64,000 bases of DNA from Clostridiales bacterium. Its GTDB lineage: Bacteria; Bacillota; Clostridia; Oscillospirales; CAG-272. Below are positions 19,926 to 27,958 of this stretch, in pieces. Position numbers and translations under genes: made by a program. How positions within the stretch are numbered: the first letter of the stretch is position 1; the number at the start of each line of letters is the position of its first letter. The notes beneath the pieces were generated by a model. That model searched no databases. It saw only the letters and a list, made by a program, of their open reading frames with translations, and had not been told where the DNA came from. Location: contig JAAWQR010000002.1 in NCBI GenBank assembly GCA_022800625.1, positions 25,596-89,595 on the forward strand, written 5' to 3'.

Positions 19926-19957
19926 GCCTGTAAACACTACTGTTTGCAGGCCTTTTT
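19926..19957 (+). terminator. rho-independent terminator after the tRNA fragment
   Basis: gcctgtaaaca / tgtttgcaggc stem followed by cttttt. Confidence 0.65.
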
Positions 19958-20383
19958 CTATACTATAACCTCAGTTTTGGTAGTACCGAATTGTAATTTA
20001 TCCTATTATGCTGTGAACTTTCATAGATGAATACTGAGCAGGATACTATACGTTTTATAGACACGGTTAAATCATTTAAATAAAAAGCCTATATTTTCTG
20101 AAATCGGAACTCTATAGAAAACTTTATATAGTACTTGATTAAAATAATAACCTATCAGATATGATCTGCCGTTGCTTAGAGGGATTTTGGCTTGATTATA
20201 TATATAATAATACTGTGCAAGCTTTTGCAGCTCTGCAGAGCATCTCTAACTCTTATGACTATGTTAGAGCCTAGTGGCACTTACTAAAATGTGTATTATC
20301 GAGACATGCCTCCGCATCGATAATTTCTGCACCTTTTGCGCTTGCTTGCAGTACTGAAGCCTTTTTGTTTCACCGGTAAATAA

Positions 20384-20423
20384 AATAGGCGTCATCAACG
20401 TGCATTGATGACGCCTATTTTGT
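20384..20423. terminator. strong hairpin, possibly a bidirectional terminator
   Basis: aataggcgtcatcaa-cgtgc-attgatgacgcctatt followed by ttg, with an A-run upstream. Confidence 0.55.
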
Positions 20424-20566
20424 TATCTTCTGTAAGGTGCACAGGTGAAGCTGGATTATTAAAATAAACTTATATATAATCTGAAAAGTATTCTAAGCTA
20501 ATCTAAGGATGAAAATAAGGCTACATTAGTATAGCACGAAATATCTCATGGGAAAAAAGCAGCCTA

Positions 20567-20770
20567 ATGATATTCAATCGACATGCAAACCTGAAATATA
20601 AATATGGAAGCATAAATTTTTGGTTAGGCGGGTATTTCGTAGATACTATATGTCAAAATCGCAAGATGATCGCAGAGTATATACGAAAGTAACTTGCGGA
20701 ATATTTTGCTCGGGTTCAAGTAGGTACCAAGGAATACTGCTACCCGTTCACGGACAGCAAAAATAAGTAG
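20567..20770 (+). pseudogene. IS200/IS605-family TnpA (Y1 transposase) C-terminal remnant
   Basis: Translation ...LKYKYGSINFWLGGYFVDTICQNRKMIAEYIRK*LAEYFARVQVGTKEYCYPFTDSKNK resembles the FW.RGY.V.T.G...I..YI... C-terminus of IS200 TnpA, with an internal stop. Confidence 0.55.
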
Positions 20771-20897
20771 TAAAAAAGACAGCCTTATGTGAGCCGGCTG
20801 CCTGTGATGGTAATGCGTTATTAAACTTTATGTGCCCCTTTCATAGACTATGCCTGCCTGTATTTGCCCCCTTTCAGGGGCTGTACAAACTACCGAT

Positions 20898-22220
20898 TTA
20901 CAGATCATCTTGACTTTGTTTTTCTGTTTCTTTAGGTTCAGGCTCGGGAAGAAGAACTTGAATTCCAAACATATTGTCTTCCTCAAAGTAATCTACAAGA
21001 CCTTTGTATTTATAAACAATCTTTTCTATTATAAGATGCCCGTAGCCGTGCTGCATCTCATTATTCTTTGTTGACTTGAGATCCTTATTAGTTGATAATA
21101 CAGACTGAGAAATAGTATTTTTGCAGATGATTACTCTATTTGAGTTTTGATTATGGAAAGTCAGCTCAATTTTCTTGTCATCAACATTATTAATTGCTTC
21201 AACAGCATTATCAAGTATATTTCCGATCAGACATGCAAGATCTGTGTCCGTAATATCGGAAATGTCGGAAACAGCTCCCGATATTATTACTTCGGTATCT
21301 TTTAGGGGAGACAGCTTGGAGTTAATCATATAATCGATGATGGAGTTATCCGACTTGATAAGCTTGCTTGAGCAATAAATATTTGGTAACAGCTTCTCAA
21401 TGTATTCCTTGCATTTATCAATGTTGTTATCTTCAATTTGACATTTCAATATCGTCAAATGCTGCTTGAAATCGTGCTGAGCCTTGCGAATATCATTCCA
21501 AATAATAGAAGCATCGTTATATCGTTTGGCCTCGTACGATAATTTTTGATTTAAGAATTCTACCTCATATTTGTCCTTTTGCAGTTTTTGAATCTGGTAT
21601 ATTAAAAAATACATCAGCATATTTATAACAAAATAGGTAATAATGATCACAAGTATCGGCATTTCGAAAGATGAATCTGCAACCATAACCTTCATTGCAG
21701 TTCCCATACCTAAGAGTGTTACAAGAGATACCAATAATGTCAGTACACCGTTTTTAAGAGCAATTGATCTGTCTGATTTTGTTGTTGCAAGAATAAATTT
21801 TATAATTGCTAATAGAAATACTTTATGAAGTAATAAGAAAATGTATCGAGGTAATTCTGTTGAACCCTGTAATATATCATTAAAATCTGCAATAGTAATA
21901 GAAAGTATTTGATGTAAAAGTGAACTGAGAAGTATATACAATATTGTCCATATACATGCAGAGAAAATTGCATATATATATTGGTTCTGAGAAATCAATA
22001 CGGCATATGCGATAGTTATTATTAATAACATTATTGAAATAACAGTATTAAATCCCGGTGAAATATAATCGCCGATTAAAGTGGTAATAAAAATTAATAG
22101 TATTGCCGGGAGAAAAAATTTGTTATTTCTAATAGTGTATTTATTAAATTTTGTTATAAAGTAAATACGTAATACACTATCAAATAAGGATACAAGAATT
22201 TCAATTAATATAGGTATCAT
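20898..22220 (-). CDS. AgrC-like (HPK10) membrane sensor histidine kinase
   Basis: About 6 N-terminal TM helices. H-box RKAQHDFKQHLTIL. N-box GNILDNAVEA. G-box HGYGHLI. Start overlaps the regulator stop. Confidence 0.8.
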   Translation of the reverse strand: MIPILIEILVSLFDSVLRIYFITKFNKYTIRNNKFFLPAILLIFITTLIGDYISPGFNTVISIMLLIITIAYAVLISQNQYIYAIFSACIWTILYILLSSLLHQILSITIADFNDILQGSTELPRYIFLLLHKVFLLAIIKFILATTKSDRSIALKNGVLTLLVSLVTLLGMGTAMKVMVADSSFEMPILVIIITYFVINMLMYFLIYQIQKLQKDKYEVEFLNQKLSYEAKRYNDASIIWNDIRKAQHDFKQHLTILKCQIEDNNIDKCKEYIEKLLPNIYCSSKLIKSDNSIIDYMINSKLSPLKDTEVIISGAVSDISDITDTDLACLIGNILDNAVEAINNVDDKKIELTFHNQNSNRVIICKNTISQSVLSTNKDLKSTKNNEMQHGYGHLIIEKIVYKYKGLVDYFEEDNMFGIQVLLPEPEPKETEKQSQDDL

Positions 22221-22948
22221 TTTATAAACCTCTTTCGCAAAAATGCCATATAAGCTTTTTTAAATCCTGATGCTTTCTTTTGACTAATAGGAAGAAATTT
22301 TTTGTTTGTCAATTGAACTTCAGTTCCATGCTTTACTTTATCTATATTTTCCATGTTTACTATAAAGGCGGCATGAATTCGATGAAAATTGAACTCTTTC
22401 AGGCTTTCTTCCAAATTACACAGCGTACCGCGGCATTTATATACATCATCAGCTGTATGTATGAGAAAATAATTCTTATCTACCTCGAAGTATAAGATAT
22501 CGTTCGTTCTGAGTATAATATCTTTTTTAATCGTGTTAAATGTCAGTATATTATTTGCCGCCATGCACTTTTCTATAGCTTTACTAAGAGCGCTTTGCAG
22601 CTCATCATCTATATGGCTTTTTCTAAGGAATCCAAGCGGACGATATTCAAAAGAGCTGTAAACAAAATTTTCGTGTGAAGAAACAAAAATAATAATTATA
22701 TCAGGATACAGTTTATTAAGCTTTCCGGCTAAATCAAAACCATTCATCTGCGGCATATCTATGTCCAACAGCAATATGTTTATAGGATACTTGTCTAAAT
22801 AAGTTAAAACATCCTCAGCACAGTTGAATTCTGCAACAGAAAAGCTTAAATATTCTTTGAAACCAATATCATTACATATCTTTTCGGCAGATAATGCAAG
22901 ATATTTAGAAAAAGTAACATCATCATCGCAAACAGCAATAGTTATCAT
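22217..22948 (-). CDS. LytTR-family response regulator (AgrA-like)
   Basis: MITIAVCDDD...LLLDIDMPQMNG receiver domain plus a LytTR domain (ILYFEVDKNYFLIHT...HRIHAAFIVN). GAGG RBS before ATG 22948. Confidence 0.85.
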   Translation of the reverse strand: MITIAVCDDDVTFSKYLALSAEKICNDIGFKEYLSFSVAEFNCAEDVLTYLDKYPINILLLDIDMPQMNGFDLAGKLNKLYPDIIIIFVSSHENFVYSSFEYRPLGFLRKSHIDDELQSALSKAIEKCMAANNILTFNTIKKDIILRTNDILYFEVDKNYFLIHTADDVYKCRGTLCNLEESLKEFNFHRIHAAFIVNMENIDKVKHGTEVQLTNKKFLPISQKKASGFKKAYMAFLRKRFIK

Positions 22949-22976
22949 AAGAACCTCATACACTATGTTATTTGTA

Positions 22977-23005
22977 ATTATAACAAACAACTGAGTTTAT
23001 ATCAA
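22977..23005 (-). promoter_or_regulatory. sigma-A-type promoter for the regulator-kinase pair
   Basis: Minus strand reads TTGATA, 17 nt, TATAAT (-35 at 23005-23000, -10 at 22982-22977), about 30 nt upstream of ATG 22948. Confidence 0.6.
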
Positions 23006-23016
23006 GAACTACAAAT

Positions 23017-23065
23017 AAATGTCGAGCAGAATGCCACCCTATTTGGCGCATTCTGCTCGACATTT
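23017..23065 (-). terminator. 18-bp perfect-stem hairpin between agrD and the response regulator gene
   Basis: aaatgtcgagcagaatgc (23017-23034) pairs perfectly with gcattctgctcgacattt (23048-23065). T-rich sequence follows on the minus strand. Confidence 0.65.
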
Positions 23066-23068
23066 GAA

Positions 23069-23197
23069 TCACTTCAATATTTTTTTCAAATTTGCGGGTT
23101 CCTTCGGCTGATAAGCATTCCATTCAGAAGCAGAGCCGGCAGCTGATTTTGCAGCAAACATTGCAGCAGCAGCGATCTTTTCAGCAAGTTTTTTCAT
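23069..23197 (-). CDS. agrD: AgrD-like autoinducing-peptide precursor, copy 1 (42 aa)
   Basis: My translation is MKKLAEKIAAAAMFAAKSAAGSASEWNAYQPKEPANLKKILK. GGAGA RBS present. Amphipathic leader, then a PKEP..L tail resembling the VPKEL region of S. aureus AgrD. Too short for the ORF track. Confidence 0.7.
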   Translation of the reverse strand: MKKLAEKIAAAAMFAAKSAAGSASEWNAYQPKEPANLKKILK

Positions 23198-23211
23198 TTT
23201 TCAGTGTCTCC

Positions 23212-23326
23212 TTTTTTAGTATAGGTATTATCATAAGTGCAATAATTGCCGACATTGAGTAGAAAGCAGTATTGCATAATGAACTGTTGTAAACCCGAAT
23301 GCCAAGGAAAGCAACGCTAAGATAAC
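23212..23326 (-). repeat. duplicated, disrupted 3' fragment of agrB (part of a tandem duplication of about 305 bp)
   Basis: Near-identical to 23517-23632 (the agrB 3' end) but carries in-frame stops (tgagtag). Confidence 0.75.
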
Positions 23327-23370
23327 AAACACAAATTCAGTGTATTATGCTTTTATGCTTTGCACTTGAA

Positions 23371-23502
23371 TTACTTCTTCAAAATTTTCTTTAAATTTGC
23401 GGGTTCCTTCGGCTGGTAAACATCCCATTCAGAAGCAGAGCCGGCAGCTGATTTTGCAGCAAACATTGCAGCAGCAGCGATCTTTTCAGCAAGTTTTTTC
23501 AT
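23371..23502 (-). CDS. agrD: AgrD-like autoinducing-peptide precursor, copy 2 (43 aa)
   Basis: My translation is MKKLAEKIAAAAMFAAKSAAGSASEWDVYQPKEPANLKKILKK. Its start overlaps the agrB stop by 17 nt. Confidence 0.7.
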   Translation of the reverse strand: MKKLAEKIAAAAMFAAKSAAGSASEWDVYQPKEPANLKKILKK

Positions 23503-24073
23503 TTTTCAGTGTCTCCTTTTTAAGTATAGATATTATCATAAGTGCAATAATTGCCGACATTGTATAGAAAGCAGTATTGCATAATGAACTAACGTAATTT
23601 TCGAACACCAAGGAAAGCAACGCTAAGATAAAAAATACAATTAGAGAAAGAATCTTATATAGCTTTTTTTCATTGTCATCTAATGGCTTATTTGGATTTT
23701 CTATCGGTCCAAACAGGGCAATCAATAATATGCCGGCTAAATAACATAGCATCTTTATCACAGTCGGAGGATAATATAAACTTGAAAGGCAAAGGACGGC
23801 TATATATGTTCCTACCGTTATTATTTTGCATTTCAAATATGTATTTGCATGAAATCCTCCTGTGAATCTCCTGACTGCAACAAACAATATCAGAAAAATT
23901 AAAGTAGGGAGTATCTTTCCGCTGACAATACCGATCAAAAGAATTATAACGGTATTTATAATAAAAGATAAAAGTAACTCCATTCCGTATATGTAAATAT
24001 CAAATAATTCCTGACTGATTACGTTGATTGACAAAAGATATTTGCATATTTTTTCTGACATAATATGTTCCAT
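23486..24073 (-). CDS. agrB: AgrB-family AIP-processing membrane endopeptidase
   Basis: Polytopic protein with VRRFTGGFHANTYLKCKI (conserved His and Cys of AgrB). AGGTGG RBS before ATG 24073. Confidence 0.85.
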   Translation of the reverse strand: MEHIMSEKICKYLLSINVISQELFDIYIYGMELLLSFIINTVIILLIGIVSGKILPTLIFLILFVAVRRFTGGFHANTYLKCKIITVGTYIAVLCLSSLYYPPTVIKMLCYLAGILLIALFGPIENPNKPLDDNEKKLYKILSLIVFFILALLSLVFENYVSSLCNTAFYTMSAIIALMIISILKKETLKNEKTC

Positions 24074-24137
24074 AAAAACCACCTACAGCTTGTATCACAT
24101 ATATTGTACCATAAAAATCGACAAAATAAACATGTTA

Positions 24138-24168
24138 GGGATAAATAATCAAAAAGTGGGATAAATAA
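24138..24168. promoter_or_regulatory. candidate LytTR-regulator binding site (direct repeat pair) upstream of agrB
   Basis: GGGATAAATAA at 24138-24148 and again at 24158-24168, 20 bp start to start, 65-95 nt upstream of the agrB start. Confidence 0.5.
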
Positions 24169-24242
24169 CGATTATTTTGGACAAATTATGTAAAAAACAA
24201 GCTGTAATTGCATATTAAAAGGCAGAAATGACCTATATTGAA

Positions 24243-24536
24243 TTATTCTATGCTTTCTGCATGTTTCAGTTTATACTTATCTGAATTCTCATAAATCTTC
24301 AACTGATAAATCATGTTATTACTTCTTTTATAGAATGTCTCAAGCATTGATACTTCAACTTCATACAGGTCACAAAGATTCATAATGGTAATGAAATCAG
24401 TTTTCTTTTTGCCTTTTTCAAAATTTTGTATTGTTCTGTCACTGACTTCTACAAATGTTGCTACCTCATGCTGGGTATATTCTTTTTTATCCCTTAGATT
24501 TGCGAAAAACTTTCCCATTGATATCCAATCAATCAT
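24243..24536 (-). CDS. XRE-family HTH transcriptional regulator
   Basis: YTQHEVATFVEVSDRTIQNFEKGKKKTDFITIMNLCDLY is a Cro/C1-type HTH. Confidence 0.75.
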   Translation of the reverse strand: MIDWISMGKFFANLRDKKEYTQHEVATFVEVSDRTIQNFEKGKKKTDFITIMNLCDLYEVEVSMLETFYKRSNNMIYQLKIYENSDKYKLKHAESIE

Positions 24537-24817
24537 ATTTACACCTCATCATATATAAGTCCGTATATAAACGGTTTTTCTTATATTTTACGGCGAGTTG
24601 TTAAGTTTGAACAGGAAACGGATTTCCGGTAGCGGGTGATAAGGGATGTCATTAAAATATGGATAATAATACCAAATGTCTAATATTACAATAAATCAGC
24701 ACTTATTGTCGTTTATTTGTTAAAGATGTTTTCTGCTGAGCTTCGCATACGAGCTCTTTATGAATTAATAACTGCAATTTGTTGGTTTTTATTCACCATT
24801 ATATCATAACATGTCAC

Positions 24818-24844
24818 TTATCCCTATGCATAATTGATTATCCC
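24818..24844. promoter_or_regulatory. second GGGATAA direct-repeat pair (minus-strand orientation) upstream of xre
   Basis: ttatccc at 24818-24824 and 24838-24844, again exactly 20 bp apart. This is the reverse complement of the GGGATAA core. Confidence 0.4.
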
Positions 24845-25081
24845 ACAAGGGCGAAATGTATAGGTTTGTGTAAGACTAAGACCGTTGATCTGCCTGAGCG
24901 GATCATATATAATACTTATCTGAGTATATAGCTTGAATTAAACATAGATTGTTATAACGAGGTTTGGGCAAGGTAAAAGGTAAGGAAGGGTGGTAAGCTA
25001 AAAAGATCGCTTGTTTTGAACGAGGAGCGCTGATAAGGCATATTTATTATTTGTAATGCGTAAAAAAGGTCCTATGAACGA

Positions 25082-25116
25082 ACAGAGGGCACAAACATTA
25101 CGTTTGTGCCCTCTGT
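25082..25116. terminator. 15-bp-stem hairpin terminator downstream of the O-acylation operon
   Basis: acagagggcacaaac-attac-gtttgtgccctctgt. T-rich sequence on the plus side. Confidence 0.6.
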
Positions 25117-25122
25117 ATTTGT

Positions 25123-26112
25123 TTAATAGACATATTGTTTGCGGTACATATCAAGCTGATCATTCCATGCAGAATAATTCGTATCTTCACGTCTGTCGGG
25201 AAGATTGCAGTTTTCGGAAAAATAATTTCCTAAATAAGAGGTGACCTTCATTGCGCCGTAAGCATTGCAGTGATAAGGGTCTCTGTAATCCGTTGCGGTG
25301 TCAAAGCCGATCAGCTCTGTATTTTGGTTCAAATCAATAAAATCAATATTGTATTCCGCAGCAAGATCCTTTACCGAATTGCAGCGCGGAATACTGTTCG
25401 CTTCTTCTAAAGCCGGAGAGTTAAACAGCAGGGGAGTTATTTCATTATCAATACACAGCTCTATTATTTTTCTGAGATATTCTTCTGCCGTCGGATAAAT
25501 TTCCATTTTGTAATCGGTTGGATATTCAGGGTTCGGTTCGGCAGGAGTGCAGTCCGTACTTATATAAGCGCCTTTTGTAAGCGAAGTGATTTTCTTATAA
25601 TCTTCGCTTGTAACTTCTTTCCATCTCGAATGAAATCTGATGATATTAAATATGTACTCAGACATTTCGCTCTTATCAAACAAATCAAAGATTGCCTGAT
25701 ATTTAATAGGAGAAAAAGACATATTATCGATTTGAACGTGAGCATATTCGTTTGAAGAAATTTTTGTATCGTAAATTATCCCTGATACGTCAACGACAAC
25801 GACCTTCGGAGACTGATACCTGAGAGCTTCCTTTAACTGATAGTACGACTGCGGCAAAAGCTGTGCCGAGCTTGCAAAGACATATGAAGCAATTCCGTAT
25901 CTGTCATAAAGCTCCATAGGATAGATTGAACACATCATATGCGATGAACCTATAAATACAACGTCAAGGGAGTTTTTAGGCTCGTCATAAAACGGCAAAA
26001 CAATATTAGCTTCGTTTTTGTTTCTCAAAACGAACGTAGCGTAGGAAAACAGAACACAAAATATTAGCATAAAAGCCGTAACTTTTACGATTCTGAAAAT
26101 TGTACGTTTCAT
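25123..26112 (-). CDS. DltD-like / SGNH-hydrolase-fold protein with N-terminal membrane anchor
   Basis: N-terminal TM helix, VVFIGSSHM block-I-like motif and C-terminal DPYHCN (DxxH-like). Positioned after the MBOAT gene, as dltD follows dltB. Confidence 0.6.
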   Translation of the reverse strand: MKRTIFRIVKVTAFMLIFCVLFSYATFVLRNKNEANIVLPFYDEPKNSLDVVFIGSSHMMCSIYPMELYDRYGIASYVFASSAQLLPQSYYQLKEALRYQSPKVVVVDVSGIIYDTKISSNEYAHVQIDNMSFSPIKYQAIFDLFDKSEMSEYIFNIIRFHSRWKEVTSEDYKKITSLTKGAYISTDCTPAEPNPEYPTDYKMEIYPTAEEYLRKIIELCIDNEITPLLFNSPALEEANSIPRCNSVKDLAAEYNIDFIDLNQNTELIGFDTATDYRDPYHCNAYGAMKVTSYLGNYFSENCNLPDRREDTNYSAWNDQLDMYRKQYVY

Positions 26113-26127
26113 GTAAAACACCAATCT

Positions 26128-27702
26128 TTAAAACTGGAAGTAAATAAACGATGCGGAAGAGTATCCCGGACCGTAGATTCCGTAAATTAAAACAGCAAAA
26201 ATAAAAGCAAAATAAATTATCCAGCGAAGCCACAGTCCCTGCTTTGAAATAACAGACCGCGGATCGATTTTCTTATAACGGAACAGATCGACCGCAAATA
26301 AGACCGCAACGGCAACCAGAGCGACTTTTAAATCCTTTGCATCAAGACCGATACCGAGAGGAGTGCTCAGAGGAACGGCAGGACTTAAAACAGACATGAA
26401 TATTCCCTTTGCCTGACTGAGAGAATCGCTTCTGAAGAGCACATATCCGACGCATACAAGCGCAAATGTTTTAAGTATCTGCACCAGCTTGTAGCTCGGT
26501 CTTTCTCTGTCAAGAGAAAGCTTATCAACTGCCTTGTCAAATAACGGAGCAAGGAGCATAGAGAGAATTATTAAAATTCCGTAGTACACGCCCCACGCAA
26601 CGTAGTGCCAGCTTGAACCGTGCCAAAGTCCCGTGAAAAACCATACACACAGCAGAGCTATAACGGTTGTAGTTTTAGATGACACGCCTTTTCCGAGGGA
26701 TTTTTTGAGCTTTTTACCGAGAGCGGAGCACCAACCCGAACGCATTACCGGATAGAAAAGATATTCGCGGAACCATGAACCGAGCGTCATATGCCATCTG
26801 CGCCAAAATTCAGGTACGGAAGCCGCAAAATACGGAGCGTCGAAATTCTCCGCCATTTTAATTCCCATGACTTCGGAAGCGCCGAGCGCAATATCCATGT
26901 AACCTGCAAAGTCTGCATATATCTGTATTGCATATAAGATGCAGGCAAATATAATTTCAGCTTTTCCGTATGAAGCATAATCTGCCCATACCGTATTGAC
27001 CGCTATGGCTAATCTGTCAGCTATTACGAGCTTTTCAAAAAATCCGAACGTCATACGCTGCAGACCGAACATTGCGCGGTCATAGTCAAACGAGCGTCCC
27101 TCAAAAAGTCCGCCGGAAACAAGATCCTGATATCTTCCTATAGGTCCCTGCATTATTTGCGGGAAATATGATGCAAACAGCGCGTATTTGAAAAAGTTCT
27201 TTTGAGGATCGCAGACTCCCCTGTAAACGTCGATAATATATCCGATAACCTGAAATGTATAAAATGATATTCCGACGGGCAGGACAAGAGATAAAGTATG
27301 CGGAGAGAAGTCAAAGCCGAATAATCCAGTAAATTTTGCCAGACTTAAAACTGAAAAATTATAATATTTAATAAAGAAAAGTATTCCGAAATTTATAAGA
27401 ACAGCGGCGGAGACAACAAGTTTCTTTTTTCTGTCGTTTTTTCGTCTCAGAGCTTTCTTTTCTTCCTTTCCCATGTCAGGAGGAACTGAAAAGCGCTCTG
27501 TGATTTTTCCTATTGCAAGAGCCGCGATGTAGGTTGATATCGTTGAAAATACAAGATAAAAGCCGTACTTTATACTTGCAGAGAAATAAAAGCAGTAGCT
27601 TGATATTAAAAGCCAAATCCAACGGTATCTTTTCGGAAAGATAAAATATCCTATAAATACGGCTGATATAAACAGAATAAACTTTAAAGATGTAAAAATC
27701 AT
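26128..27702 (-). CDS. MBOAT-family membrane O-acyltransferase (DltB/AlgI-like)
   Basis: Polytopic 524-aa protein with EFWRRWHMTLGSWFREY and the WHGSSWHY histidine region. Confidence 0.85.
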   Translation of the reverse strand: MIFTSLKFILFISAVFIGYFIFPKRYRWIWLLISSYCFYFSASIKYGFYLVFSTISTYIAALAIGKITERFSVPPDMGKEEKKALRRKNDRKKKLVVSAAVLINFGILFFIKYYNFSVLSLAKFTGLFGFDFSPHTLSLVLPVGISFYTFQVIGYIIDVYRGVCDPQKNFFKYALFASYFPQIMQGPIGRYQDLVSGGLFEGRSFDYDRAMFGLQRMTFGFFEKLVIADRLAIAVNTVWADYASYGKAEIIFACILYAIQIYADFAGYMDIALGASEVMGIKMAENFDAPYFAASVPEFWRRWHMTLGSWFREYLFYPVMRSGWCSALGKKLKKSLGKGVSSKTTTVIALLCVWFFTGLWHGSSWHYVAWGVYYGILIILSMLLAPLFDKAVDKLSLDRERPSYKLVQILKTFALVCVGYVLFRSDSLSQAKGIFMSVLSPAVPLSTPLGIGLDAKDLKVALVAVAVLFAVDLFRYKKIDPRSVISKQGLWLRWIIYFAFIFAVLIYGIYGPGYSSASFIYFQF

Positions 27703-27717
27703 ATCCCGAAACTCACC

Positions 27718-27957
27718 TTAGGCTTCACGCTCAATAATATCCGCCATATCTCCTACATTTTTCATTCCGACAATGCTTTTCATATCAAACTTTATATCAA
27801 ATTCGTCCTCAACCGCTGAAATCAGCGTGATGTGCACAAGCGAATCCCATCCGTCAACGTCTGCGGCTGTTGTATCTTCGGTCACTGTTAGCTCCTCGTC
27901 GTCAAATACATCTCTGAATACTTCATTAAGTCTTTCAAATATTTCTTCTCTGTTCAT
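27718..27957 (-). CDS. acyl carrier protein (DltC-like)
   Basis: 79-aa acidic protein with DVDGWDSLVHITLISAVEDEF. Confidence 0.8.
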   Translation of the reverse strand: MNREEIFERLNEVFRDVFDDEELTVTEDTTAADVDGWDSLVHITLISAVEDEFDIKFDMKSIVGMKNVGDMADIIEREA

Positions 27958-27958
27958 T

